Positions 38,194-47,290 of a stretch of 64,000 nucleotides of DNA are shown here, one piece after another; the stretch's first letter is position 1; every line of letters starts with the position of its first letter. The DNA lies in IMG/VR virus record IMGVR_UViG_3300045988_047309, positions 2,082 to 66,081 of that record, one strand, 5' to 3'. The notes under the pieces are model-generated. The model was not told the DNA's origin, made no database searches, and saw only the letters and a program-made list of their open reading frames with translations. The DNA comes from a virus. The translations under genes were made by a program, and so were the position numbers.

Positions 38194-38617
38194 CATCTAT
38201 GAAGAGGTGGAGAAGACCACTGCCTACATAGGTAAGAAGGCAACCGTAGAGGATGGCAAATCGGCTTTTGATCAGATATTCGTAACGGAAGCAGACTTGG
38301 CAATGATAGAGCGGTTCTTCAACGAGTCGTTGGATGCGCTAAGAAATGTTCTGAAACGATTTATCTCAGGAGGCTCAGGAGTAGACGGGACCATCAACTG
38401 GGAACTTGAGATGCCCAGCAGATTCGATGGCAACCTACTCGATTCCATCAATTCGTCAGCCAACTCGTTCTTGGTAAACAGTATTATCGGGAAATGGTGC
38501 GAGATAGTCGCAAACGAAAAGGCAAAAGAGTATGCGGATAACGCTGCTGCATTATTGCTCGACATCAAGGATAAAGCGTTCTACAAAAAGAAACCGGCAC
38601 GAACAAAAATATCATAG
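38159..38617 (+). CDS. tandem paralogue 1 (possible gp6-like head-tail adaptor family)
   Basis: 152 aa. Shares DIYEEVEKTTAYIGKK and ...SSANSFLVNSIIGKWCEIV blocks with the next two ORFs. Confidence 0.55.
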   Translation: MADFTLTIKKNDIYEEVEKTTAYIGKKATVEDGKSAFDQIFVTEADLAMIERFFNESLDALRNVLKRFISGGSGVDGTINWELEMPSRFDGNLLDSINSSANSFLVNSIIGKWCEIVANEKAKEYADNAAALLLDIKDKAFYKKKPARTKIS

Positions 38618-38618
38618 T

Positions 38619-39122
38619 ATGGCAAGAAAGAGTTTAACGATTACGTTGTATATGAGTGAACTCATTTACGACTTTCAGAATAAGGCGTTCCTTACAGGAC
38701 GCAGTAGAAGAGCTGCCAGTATGGATGCAGAGGCGGCAAGTAATATCCAGGCGAGCGATGATGACGAAGACAAGAATCAGGCATTGCGTAGCATTCAGAA
38801 TGCGTACAGTCAACTGCTTGTGGAGTTGAGTGAGTCAGTTCAAACAGACACAGGTACCACTGCGTCTAACGAGTTGATAAGTGGCGATACCAATATCACC
38901 ATCAACCTCTCCCTTCCATCAAACTATCCACTCGCCTTGAAGGATGCGCTTACCAGTTCCATCCATGACTACATTATCAACAAAGCCTTGATGGACTGGT
39001 TTATCATTACCAATCCTAACGAGTCGAAGACTTATTCAGAACTGTCGATAGCTGCTATCAAGAATCTGCATGAGACCTTTAACAGACGTGAGAGACCCAG
39101 CAGGACAGCTCCCAACGAATAA
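38619..39122 (+). CDS. tandem paralogue 2
   Basis: Starts MARKSL, 1 nt after the previous stop. Blocks LIYDFQNKAFLTGRS, DDDEDKNQALRSIQNAY and SSIHDYIINKALMDWFIIT. Confidence 0.6.
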   Translation: MARKSLTITLYMSELIYDFQNKAFLTGRSRRAASMDAEAASNIQASDDDEDKNQALRSIQNAYSQLLVELSESVQTDTGTTASNELISGDTNITINLSLPSNYPLALKDALTSSIHDYIINKALMDWFIITNPNESKTYSELSIAAIKNLHETFNRRERPSRTAPNE

Positions 39123-39136
39123 GGAAGGAGGTCATC

Positions 39137-39691
39137 ATGAAAGAATGCAGAGTATGCAACCTTGGGTACAAGGTGATGATAGAGCTTCAGAAGAAGGAGT
39201 TGATTTTTGACATCAAGAATACGGCTGCCGTTTACGCTGATTCCATCTCCAGTTCTGTAGAAGATTCCCATTCTATCCACAACATCTACGATGTGGGCGA
39301 GGATGGCAACAGAGATAAGTTGGCAAGGATTCTTGATTCAGCAGTAGAAGACTGCAACGAAATGCTTTTCAGATATACCAAGATGGAAATGCTTGGTGGC
39401 GGTTTCGATTCCAATGAGTGGGAAGAATGTATAGGTTCGCCTACAAACGAGGAAGAAGCATACTATTTGGCGATGAGAATACCGCAGGGTTTCTCTAAGA
39501 CGAGCGTACATACCATGACGGTATATATCCATGACTACATAGTCAATCAATGCCTATACGAGTGGTTGACGATTGTTTATCCCGATGGTGCTGACAGATT
39601 CCTGGCACTTGCCGAGGAGAAGAAACAGAAGATCAAGAGCGCAAGCAATCGGTCGGCTGGCAGGGCAAGAATTACTTTGCATCCATTTTAA
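39137..39691 (+). CDS. tandem paralogue 3
   Basis: GGAAGGAGG upstream of the ATG. Blocks LIFDIKNTAAVYADS and VYIHDYIVNQCLYEWLTIV. Confidence 0.6.
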   Translation: MKECRVCNLGYKVMIELQKKELIFDIKNTAAVYADSISSSVEDSHSIHNIYDVGEDGNRDKLARILDSAVEDCNEMLFRYTKMEMLGGGFDSNEWEECIGSPTNEEEAYYLAMRIPQGFSKTSVHTMTVYIHDYIVNQCLYEWLTIVYPDGADRFLALAEEKKQKIKSASNRSAGRARITLHPF

Positions 39692-39713
39692 GATTTTTGA
39701 TTAAGATAAAGCA

Positions 39714-39747
39714 AGGGTAGCTATCCATCACGGACTGCTACCCTTTA
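39714..39747. terminator. hairpin terminator between convergent operons
   Basis: GGGTAGC / GCTACCC stem with a 15-nt loop, then TTT. Confidence 0.6.
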
Positions 39748-39777
39748 TCTATAAACATAGTGAAAAAAGAAAATTAC

Positions 39778-42699
39778 TTATCTAAGTTTGTTCTGTAATC
39801 TCTCCTGAAACGCAGTTGACAAACCGCTTATAGATTCGTTGGGGGCAAGTTTGCCAATGAGCGCAATCCTGAAATATTTGTACGGAGAACCTACAAGGCT
39901 TCTGAGAAATATATTAACAGAAGAACTAATGTAATACCAATTAACAAGGTCGTTACTCCCGAACAGAACCATTCCACATTTCCCTGCCTGGACGCTGCTG
40001 AAATATCCTCTTGTGATGCAATCGAACATAGTCTTATAGACATCTTGCCCAAGCGTTAAAGGACGGCTGCAAAGAAAGAACGGAACACTTTCCGATGGTT
40101 CATTCACGTACACATTAAGGATTTTTCCTGCTTTGTCTGTAGCGTATGCCTCAGGATATATATTCACTCGCTTGTTGAAGACATTGTGCATGGTACCCCA
40201 CATCTTGCTTTTCAAAGAGTAGACGTAAGCATAAGTGTAGTACGGATTGAAGACGATGATGCGGCTATCGTAATAGTCGTAAATCATATCTGCCTTTTCG
40301 AGATACTTACGGAAACGGATATACTTCACGTCTGACTCGGGAATTTTACCTGTCGCAAGGAGTTTATTCGGATAGGTCTTATCCTTTGTTGAATGAGAAT
40401 AAATGGATAGAAAATCGAAAGGATAATCATCCAGTGCGTCTGTTATACATACAGACTCTCTTCCCTGCTGCATCATGATGCCTCTTTCGGTAGGATAGAG
40501 GACTGCATCATCTATCTGCAAAATGCCTTTAGGGTTGGAGCAGACATCTCTATTGGATGGCTGTCGGGCAATATAGGTTCCTTCTTCGCCCAGCATCAGT
40601 ACCCAAACACCTTCATCTGTAAAAGCGTAAAGTGGAGCTTCGCCAAACTGACCTTCGCTGATTGGTCGGGTGTTGGCGGCAAGAGCAAAGATAGCAGAAG
40701 AACCTACCTGAACACTATTCTTGGCAGGGAAAATTAGAGGATTCTCAGCTTCGCTGACCTTGATTAGAGAATGGTTGCTTGATGTAGTGTATTCTTTCTC
40801 TACTTTTTTATAATTGTCTGTAAACTCGGATTGGGAACTATCCTCAAAGACATTCGTTTTCGTATTTCGTACATTGCTCCACTTCTTTATGGTTGTCGTA
40901 ACACTTCCTGTCGTATATGTGTAGTCTTGTAATTTATAATAATAGCGAGACATGAAAATTGGCAAGTTTTCATCATCAGGGAGTATAAAAGTCTTGTCGG
41001 TAGGCTCTGATTTGTTAGAATTTGTTGGTTCGTCCACTCTTCCTCCAAATCCGTCCTCATAATCTGAGCCGTTTCCACGTACAGCCTCAGTTCTTCTGTT
41101 TCCACCAAGATTAACATAGTACGACATCCCCATTGTATCAGATTGGTGTAATGTCATTGTTTTCTTGAAGTAAGTATTGTCAAATGTATTGTGGAGGAAC
41201 AAAGTCATCTTTGTAGCGTTACTGTCTGGATATGCTATGATAGGCGGTAACGGATATTGGAGTTTTGTTTTTTCATATATAACCTTATCTGTTCCGTTGA
41301 CTGATATTGTTACTGCAATCACAGCTTCACACATCATGCCTTTGTCGCCATTTAAATCAAGACGGTTGTTTAGATACATTTCATATTTATCTGAAAGGTT
41401 TTCTCGGAGATTTGTGTTGATCGCAAATTTCTCTTCTACAAATGTAGAAAAAGCGTTTTTGGTAGTAGCTTTCACATTGCCAATATGTAGCCTGTTATTA
41501 TAGGTATATGCAACCTTTCCTCCAAATGTTTTCTTTTTGAAGTCTGCCAATGATAGACTTTGATTAGTCTCCATAACTCTTTTGAGTTTCACAGGCTTAC
41601 CGAAATCGTTGGTGTCAATGCTTACGCTAAGGAAGAAAGACATATTATCTATTGTATTATATACCTTTTTTTGTGGCATGAAGTCCATGGCGAAACTATA
41701 TACATCTTTCTCCGCCTTAGGTCCATGTAAGAAATTAGATGCGTTGTTTATCGTATGAAAAGATTCCTCAGTATTAAGAAATGATTCTGGTGTTGATAAG
41801 AAAACATCAGCTCCGATTATTAAATCCTTTAGTTCCTCTGGAATATTGGTACTAATGGTAATTTTATGTTTGTGAGCGTTAAAGTAAGTTTTAATTTTCT
41901 TTGTTGAGTCCCTCCAAAGGAATTTGTTTGATATAAATCTTGGTGACAGAACAAATGGAGAACTGATGTTTCTATATGTCCCATCGTACATTTTTAAGGC
42001 TACAACTCCAAGCGACAAGTATTTGAATGTATATTGGTCTATCTCTTCAATTCGCTTGTTGATAATAGCGTCAATTCCTGAGAATACAATCTGCGACGCT
42101 GACGGATTCTTTGCAGTACCGCTGGTGTTTACAAAATGTCCGTTGTCTTTCCATATTGCATCCCAGTCTTGCGTAAAGTCGCATATTACACTATAGTAGT
42201 CTTGAATAACATACGTCCCTGATTCTATGGATTTTTGATCCGTGATAGTAATGTCATATTGGAACAGAGAATCATCAAAAATATTATATTCTACGTTTTT
42301 CCAGTATGCGTATTTAGTAGAGTTGTCTCCTACAAAGCATAAGATATTCCCTATAGCAGTAACAGAGTTAACCTTGAAATCCCCCAGGTCTAACTTGTGC
42401 TTGGTCCCATCTCCTCCCTTTTCTGTCCAGTACCAGGAATAAGGCGAACCATTAGTACAATTCACGATGTAGTGTGAGTGGTTTTCGTTTTCATGCTCTG
42501 CCTTATGTACGTACCTGATAGAGCAAGTGCTATTAGGCAGCGTGATGTTCTGCTCGGCCACTACAGGCTGGTGGATAGGGTGGAGTGCCCCATCCTCGTT
42601 GATGAGGTTGAGGCAGGTAGCCAACTCGCCATCCTGACAATTATAGTCGGATGGAGAGTTGGTGAGTCCTTTGAATATTACATCTTGTCTTGTCGCCAT
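39778..42699 (-). CDS. large (973 aa) beta-rich virion structural protein (tail/receptor-binding candidate)
   Basis: Long uninterrupted ORF, rich in N/Y/T/S. No enzymatic motif was recognised. Confidence 0.5.
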   Translation of the reverse strand: MATRQDVIFKGLTNSPSDYNCQDGELATCLNLINEDGALHPIHQPVVAEQNITLPNSTCSIRYVHKAEHENENHSHYIVNCTNGSPYSWYWTEKGGDGTKHKLDLGDFKVNSVTAIGNILCFVGDNSTKYAYWKNVEYNIFDDSLFQYDITITDQKSIESGTYVIQDYYSVICDFTQDWDAIWKDNGHFVNTSGTAKNPSASQIVFSGIDAIINKRIEEIDQYTFKYLSLGVVALKMYDGTYRNISSPFVLSPRFISNKFLWRDSTKKIKTYFNAHKHKITISTNIPEELKDLIIGADVFLSTPESFLNTEESFHTINNASNFLHGPKAEKDVYSFAMDFMPQKKVYNTIDNMSFFLSVSIDTNDFGKPVKLKRVMETNQSLSLADFKKKTFGGKVAYTYNNRLHIGNVKATTKNAFSTFVEEKFAINTNLRENLSDKYEMYLNNRLDLNGDKGMMCEAVIAVTISVNGTDKVIYEKTKLQYPLPPIIAYPDSNATKMTLFLHNTFDNTYFKKTMTLHQSDTMGMSYYVNLGGNRRTEAVRGNGSDYEDGFGGRVDEPTNSNKSEPTDKTFILPDDENLPIFMSRYYYKLQDYTYTTGSVTTTIKKWSNVRNTKTNVFEDSSQSEFTDNYKKVEKEYTTSSNHSLIKVSEAENPLIFPAKNSVQVGSSAIFALAANTRPISEGQFGEAPLYAFTDEGVWVLMLGEEGTYIARQPSNRDVCSNPKGILQIDDAVLYPTERGIMMQQGRESVCITDALDDYPFDFLSIYSHSTKDKTYPNKLLATGKIPESDVKYIRFRKYLEKADMIYDYYDSRIIVFNPYYTYAYVYSLKSKMWGTMHNVFNKRVNIYPEAYATDKAGKILNVYVNEPSESVPFFLCSRPLTLGQDVYKTMFDCITRGYFSSVQAGKCGMVLFGSNDLVNWYYISSSVNIFLRSLVGSPYKYFRIALIGKLAPNESISGLSTAFQERLQNKLR

Positions 42700-43121
42700 G
42701 TGCTCGAATTTAAGTTTGGTCGCATGATTTCGTAGTATGGCTCACCTTTGCCTGACTTGCGTGGGATGCAAGTAAGGCGAACCATTCTGTTGAGCGGAAG
42801 ATTGTACTCGTCCAGGATGGCGGTGACGGAAGGACGGTCACTTCGGAACCCCACCTTCTTATGCTCCTGATTGAATTGAAGCTGAGTGAAGGCGGTGTTT
42901 GCCTTGCAAAGTTCTTCCCAGTCCTCACGCATACAGAATCCGTATGTTCCTCTGTATGATAACCTGAACACGAAGACGGAGTGATCTGTACGCTCCTTCT
43001 GTATGATATGCCTGTATACACCCTTAGAGAGTGTGACAGAGTTTGCTCTTCCGTCCAGTATCACAAAGTAGTTGTGATACCTGAACCCTAAGACTTTAAC
43101 TATTAAATGCTTGAATTTCAT
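42678..43121 (-). CDS. hypothetical protein
   Basis: 147 aa. 22-nt overlap with the downstream large gene. Confidence 0.5.
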   Translation of the reverse strand: MKFKHLIVKVLGFRYHNYFVILDGRANSVTLSKGVYRHIIQKERTDHSVFVFRLSYRGTYGFCMREDWEELCKANTAFTQLQFNQEHKKVGFRSDRPSVTAILDEYNLPLNRMVRLTCIPRKSGKGEPYYEIMRPNLNSSTWRQDKM

Positions 43122-43182
43122 AGCGCAAATATAATAAGTAAATTGATAAGATATTTATTATCCGTTAACTTTATATCCGACA

Positions 43183-43479
43183 CTACTTGTTGGCCAGTTC
43201 CTTCGCCTCTTCAAGTGAAATAGGCTTTCCGCTAAGAGGAATGCGGAAGTCGAACTTGGAACGGAAAGAGTAGTAGCCTACGAAATCGAAGCTCTGTTTC
43301 ATGCGCTCGTCTGTGGTGATATACTTCTTATAAGCCTCCACTTCCTTTTTAGAGCGATAGATGGTAGAGTTGACGAAATAGGAACAGGTTCCCTTGTTTG
43401 CGATAACTGCAATAAAGAACTGTTTGCCAAGGAACTTTTCCTTGATACGTTGGATAATTGAGATTTTCTTTGTATTCAT
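43183..43479 (-). CDS. hypothetical protein
   Basis: 98 aa, co-oriented early-region ORF. Confidence 0.5.
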   Translation of the reverse strand: MNTKKISIIQRIKEKFLGKQFFIAVIANKGTCSYFVNSTIYRSKKEVEAYKKYITTDERMKQSFDFVGYYSFRSKFDFRIPLSGKPISLEEAKELANK

Positions 43480-43522
43480 ATTAAATTAGATTGATTGTTA
43501 TGATGAATGCAGACAGGCTTCA

Positions 43523-43714
43523 CTATTCTATAGCGCAAGACACGATGCAATCTTCTGTGTTGATGCCACGATAGTATTCACATCGCTGGCAAGCAAGGCT
43601 GCCAACCATCAGGACCTCATTGGTGTATCTGCCATGCATACCGAATGGGCATGGAGTGGTGTACTCGAAGTGGCCACCTACAAATTCGTTGAGATTATAT
43701 TTTGGATATTTCAT
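43523..43714 (-). CDS. small Cys-rich protein (possible zinc-binding)
   Basis: 63 aa with C22, C42-x2-C45 and C56-x3-C60. ATGA overlap with the upstream ThyX-like gene. Confidence 0.5.
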   Translation of the reverse strand: MKYPKYNLNEFVGGHFEYTTPCPFGMHGRYTNEVLMVGSLACQRCEYYRGINTEDCIVSCAIE

Positions 43715-44271
43715 TTGGTTGTTTTGTCTATATACACTAATCTATGGTATTTAAATGTCCCAGCCAAGCTAAAGCCGCACGATTTTGGCTCAGGGCAGAA
43801 TCCTCTGTAAACGCATTGAGGAACACAAGCGGATGCAAGATAAGGCTCTATTTGAGCCAACTCGTCAATCACCTTATACCATATCTCTCTTGTTTCCTTG
43901 GATGCCTTATTGCATAGTCTCAGCTTCGAGATATTGATAATCTCCTGAGCGTTGAGAGATAGCTGCAAGTTGACCAAATCATCCTGCCGCATATCGTGGC
44001 GAGATACCTTGGAACCAGTAATATCTGGTCTTGATGTAGAAACGAATGGTTGGGCATGAACGTGGCGTACAAAGTGATTGCTCACCCAGTATGGTATGCC
44101 ATACATCTTAATATCAAACTCCAATTCTCTGAGCGGTGAATGCTCGCTGAGAATCATTTGTTTCTTGAACTCATCGCTTGGCTCATGTCCTAACGATTTC
44201 TTGCCTTGCGTGAACCGAGCAGCATCAACGACACGCTGCCAGTCGGTTACTTTTGTGATTTCTATTTTCAT
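43711..44271 (-). CDS. ThyX-fold (FAD-dependent thymidylate synthase family) protein with degenerate active-site motif
   Basis: SEHSPLRELEFDIKMYGIPYWVSNHFVRHVHAQPFVSTSR parallels ThyX [40 protein letters not shown]. The RHR motif is RHV here. Confidence 0.55.
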   Translation of the reverse strand: MKIEITKVTDWQRVVDAARFTQGKKSLGHEPSDEFKKQMILSEHSPLRELEFDIKMYGIPYWVSNHFVRHVHAQPFVSTSRPDITGSKVSRHDMRQDDLVNLQLSLNAQEIINISKLRLCNKASKETREIWYKVIDELAQIEPYLASACVPQCVYRGFCPEPKSCGFSLAGTFKYHRLVYIDKTTK

Positions 44272-44338
44272 AGGCTACTTCTTCATATCGAATTTATTTA
44301 CTTAATATAGTCAGTCGTGATGACTTGTTGGGTGTCTT

Positions 44339-44731
44339 TTATAAATGACCATCACAAACAAAGAAATGAGTATTATCGGGGAGATTTTCAAAGTACGTTT
44401 TAATGTCACTTTCTGCCTCAAACTCCCACTTTAAGTTGTGTTCTGGAGTCTCATCTCTGATGTCATAGCATTCATAATATTGCCTCTTTCTAACTATTTT
44501 GTCATATAATTCCATATCATCCTTAGTAAACTCACAATCCTCTTGTTCTGGATATAAAGATTCAGGATGATGTGGGAGGTTTCCTAAAAGTTCTTTTTTC
44601 GTATATACTGTAAGGTAATCATACGAAAATGCTATTTCGGAAGGTGATTCACATAATAAATCTGGGCAGTCCTCAAAAATGTGGAACATATTCTCTATTG
44701 TTCCAACGAATAAAACTCTACAATGTGACAT
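44339..44731 (-). CDS. hypothetical early protein
   Basis: 130 aa, acidic. Part of the dense minus-strand early array. Confidence 0.55.
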   Translation of the reverse strand: MSHCRVLFVGTIENMFHIFEDCPDLLCESPSEIAFSYDYLTVYTKKELLGNLPHHPESLYPEQEDCEFTKDDMELYDKIVRKRQYYECYDIRDETPEHNLKWEFEAESDIKTYFENLPDNTHFFVCDGHL

Positions 44732-44733
44732 CG

Positions 44734-45096
44734 CTATTCTTCTTGAAGTTCTACATCATCACCAAGAACATCATTGATTTTCTTTTTGATAAACTCATCA
44801 GAAGTACTCTCCTTTATCAGAGCATCAATGTTTGGTAACTCTGCATCAACTTTGTCTTCTTGCATTTTTGAGGTAAGCATACCAATTACTAATTTCGCCC
44901 AAGGACTATTAGCTATATCTGTTAACGAATCCTTTTGAAGATCATAGGCTTTCTTCAACTCTCCGTTATCACGGAAATATCTGAGTACTTCCGTCAATGC
45001 AGCAACAAAGTTTTTGTCTGCCATCTGTTCACCCTTTGCTTCTTCCAGTTTAATCATTAGGAAGAGTAAAGATGAATGTAAATCTGTTTTGTTCAT
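44734..45096 (-). CDS. hypothetical early protein
   Basis: 120 aa, helical. 2-nt spacer to the next gene. Confidence 0.55.
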   Translation of the reverse strand: MNKTDLHSSLLFLMIKLEEAKGEQMADKNFVAALTEVLRYFRDNGELKKAYDLQKDSLTDIANSPWAKLVIGMLTSKMQEDKVDAELPNIDALIKESTSDEFIKKKINDVLGDDVELQEE

Positions 45097-45105
45097 AAGC
45101 TATAA

Positions 45106-45306
45106 TTATTTAAGTTCTACTGGCTCATCGTTCCAGGATAATTCTCTTCCGATGAGCTTTTCAATACTACCTTTAGGAAGTTCTACGTAGTCGTACACTC
45201 TATTTTCGTATTCGCAAAATGTTGGCGCCCATACACAATGAAATCGTTCTGGCATTGCTTCATAGATGTATTCGTCACCATACCTATTAACTGCTACCCA
45301 TGCCAT
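45106..45306 (-). CDS. hypothetical early protein
   Basis: 66 aa, with GGAGG 7 nt upstream of the ATG. Confidence 0.55.
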   Translation of the reverse strand: MAWVAVNRYGDEYIYEAMPERFHCVWAPTFCEYENRVYDYVELPKGSIEKLIGRELSWNDEPVELK

Positions 45307-45308
45307 AA

Positions 45309-45680
45309 CTATTCCTCCAATTTTAAATCAGTTCCACTATTACGACTTTCCTTTAAGAAGTTATTAACTTCTTCCTTATAGGAGTAACCGCAATCCTTCT
45401 GTAGAGCCTTTATCTTCTTGTAACCGATACCTGCTTCTCGGCAAAGTTCTGCTGCCAAGCTATAGTTTTCGACATAGCCAATAACGTTCTGAATGACCGA
45501 CCACTGACCTCGCTCGAAGTCTGTAATGCTATCATCTTTGAAACGACCTAATGCTTTATCGCACAGGCCACACACTCTTGCCATTTCTTTTATAAGCTGT
45601 TCAAAGGTGTACTGGCTCCAGTGATAAGTAAGATAGCTTGCGCTATTCAATGCTTCTTTAACTTTGTTGTCCATAAGCAA
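45309..45680 (-). CDS. hypothetical early protein
   Basis: 123 aa, with AGAGGA upstream of the ATG. Confidence 0.55.
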   Translation of the reverse strand: MLMDNKVKEALNSASYLTYHWSQYTFEQLIKEMARVCGLCDKALGRFKDDSITDFERGQWSVIQNVIGYVENYSLAAELCREAGIGYKKIKALQKDCGYSYKEEVNNFLKESRNSGTDLKLEE

Positions 45681-45693
45681 TTCCTCTTTGATT

Positions 45694-45837
45694 TTAACCT
45701 ATGTAATTTTTTATTCTTCCACACTTTCTGCACTCGTCAAAATTAATTCTACCTAATTCTTTGTGGAAATATTCATGGCGGCAAGTGATATTTTGCTTCA
45801 ACCATTTCTTTAAGAATAATATTATATCTCCAATCAT
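45694..45837 (-). CDS. 47-aa zinc-ribbon-like micro-ORF (not in ORF track)
   Basis: Hand translation: MIGDIILFLKKWLKQNITCRHEYFHKELGRINFDECRKCGRIKNYIG. The ATG lies 2 nt after the upstream stop, and the ORF fills an otherwise empty gap. C-x-H...C-x2-C. Confidence 0.45.
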   Translation of the reverse strand: MIGDIILFLKKWLKQNITCRHEYFHKELGRINFDECRKCGRIKNYIG

Positions 45838-45839
45838 AA

Positions 45840-46211
45840 TTATTTCTCCTTTACTACAAAACCACGTCCAACACGTTTTAACAACTCCAAAAAGATTCTG
45901 TGCTCATTATAAACAGGTAACCAAGGCTTGCTGTCTTTTTGTCTTTTTACTTTAGATTCACAATGAGAAACGAGGAGATTATACATATCTTGCGATAATC
46001 CCTCAATAGGTTCAACCTTTTTTGTATGCTGTTCTTCCACTTTTGTAAATTCCTTTATGAATGTAGTACACCTTATAGCTTTATTCCTGATTGTAGCTCC
46101 TTGGTGTGAAACATTGCCGCTTGTGAGTTTACTACAGGTATCCTCAATATTTTCAAACCACGATATAAGCATATCTCTAAACTCTTTGTCAATTATATAC
46201 TCTTGTTTCAT
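45840..46211 (-). CDS. hypothetical early protein
   Basis: 123 aa, with AGAGGAGG upstream of the ATG. Confidence 0.55.
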   Translation of the reverse strand: MKQEYIIDKEFRDMLISWFENIEDTCSKLTSGNVSHQGATIRNKAIRCTTFIKEFTKVEEQHTKKVEPIEGLSQDMYNLLVSHCESKVKRQKDSKPWLPVYNEHRIFLELLKRVGRGFVVKEK

Positions 46212-46213
46212 GT

Positions 46214-46609
46214 TTAATCCTCCTCTAAAATTCCAAAATGAGTGCCATCGGCAAATGTGTAAATATCAAACATGCGCTCAAATAAAACAGAGCCACAACT
46301 AAACATAACTCCTTCGTTGTGTATATAGTTTATTTCGGTTCGCACATTTCGTTCTTTTTCCTTCACCCACCCGAATGGCTGGTGTTTCAGCATCTCTTGC
46401 CAACACTCTTCTGCGTCCTTGAATGGGCGATATTTTAGCTCAGGCTTAGTACGAAAATTGTTTGGTTCTTCTTCTAAAATTCCAATAGGTAAGCCTTCTC
46501 TTTCTGTTAGGTCAACCCATTCGCCTCTTTCATTTAAGATTTGAATAGTCTTACCATCTGCAAAGGCAGAAATTATACCTATATTCTTTTTAACGTTTTC
46601 TCTTTTCAT
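46214..46609 (-). CDS. hypothetical early protein
   Basis: 131 aa. ...AFADGKTIQILNERGEWVDL... is a loose DUF2829-like opening (very weak). Confidence 0.5.
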   Translation of the reverse strand: MKRENVKKNIGIISAFADGKTIQILNERGEWVDLTEREGLPIGILEEEPNNFRTKPELKYRPFKDAEECWQEMLKHQPFGWVKEKERNVRTEINYIHNEGVMFSCGSVLFERMFDIYTFADGTHFGILEED

Positions 46610-46713
46610 TGCTTTTTTGTTAAATTATTTTTTTTCTTCGTGGTCTTTCGCCCAATCCATAAAAAACTCTCGTAAAAATTTTATAGTATTTTTTGCTTCT
46701 TCTCTTGTCATAC

Positions 46714-46917
46714 TCAATCATTTTTATATTCTTCCCATCCATTCTCCCATAAGCCACCTGAACGGATAGTCCAAAACTCATGTTGAGGAAGGATAGTTCC
46801 TTCTTCATCAACTAACTCCTTTCCTTTATATCGAACGAACTCACCTTTTGAGAACGAGTTGTGTCTTATCGGCTTTCCTACGCTGATAGCGAAAGCCATT
46901 GCTTCTTGCTTTGTCAT
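46714..46917 (-). CDS. small early protein, weak DUF2829/Tad2-like pattern
   Basis: Starts MTKQEAMAFAISVGKPIRHNSF..., 1 nt after the upstream stop. The pattern A...GK.IR...(aromatic) is only suggestive. Confidence 0.4.
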   Translation of the reverse strand: MTKQEAMAFAISVGKPIRHNSFSKGEFVRYKGKELVDEEGTILPQHEFWTIRSGGLWENGWEEYKND

Positions 46918-46918
46918 A

Positions 46919-47128
46919 TCAATCATCCAACTCTTTAAGATAAACATGTACATCTGTAAATGTAAAGTTTGTCAGTTTTTTATATCTATTTACTATATCT
47001 TCTACAAGATACCATTTGTTTTCAATGATAACTTTCTCACCTATACGAGGAATATTATTGTAAGGGCATGTTTCATATTGCAATATGAAATTTTCCTCAT
47101 CCTCTTTTTTATAAAAGAACACATTCAT
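46919..47128 (-). CDS. hypothetical early protein
   Basis: 69 aa. Its ATG overlaps (ATGA) the stop of the frame that follows the A7 tract upstream. Confidence 0.55.
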   Translation of the reverse strand: MNVFFYKKEDEENFILQYETCPYNNIPRIGEKVIIENKWYLVEDIVNRYKKLTNFTFTDVHVYLKELDD

Positions 47129-47290
47129 AACAATCCATTCAATTTTAAAGTCATTTCCTCAACCAAGTTTTCAACTTCTCCCCAGTCGTGAGGGTCAAAT
47201 CCTTCATCAAATAAGGCACTCTCAGCTATTTTTTTGTATTTTGTTTAAGAGTTTAAGAAAATCTTCTTTGTCTATTTCTACTTTACTCAT
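47125..47290 (-). CDS. small ORF broken by an A7 tract (47229-47235): needs a +1 shift or a 1-nt deletion to read through
   Basis: AAGGAGG, then ATG at 47290: MSKVEIDKEDFLKLLNKIQKNS*. The +1 frame continues IAESALFDEGFDPHDWGEVENLVEEMTLKLNGLL*, whose stop is coupled (ATGA) to the next gene. Confidence 0.45.

Noticed and set aside
46620-46811. 63-aa ORF MMKKELSFLNMSF...
   Set aside because: It overlaps 46714..46917 by about 100 nt in another frame. It has an extremely basic, low-complexity tail. I kept only the ORF that is start/stop-coupled to its neighbour. The remaining 46610-46713 may be intergenic.
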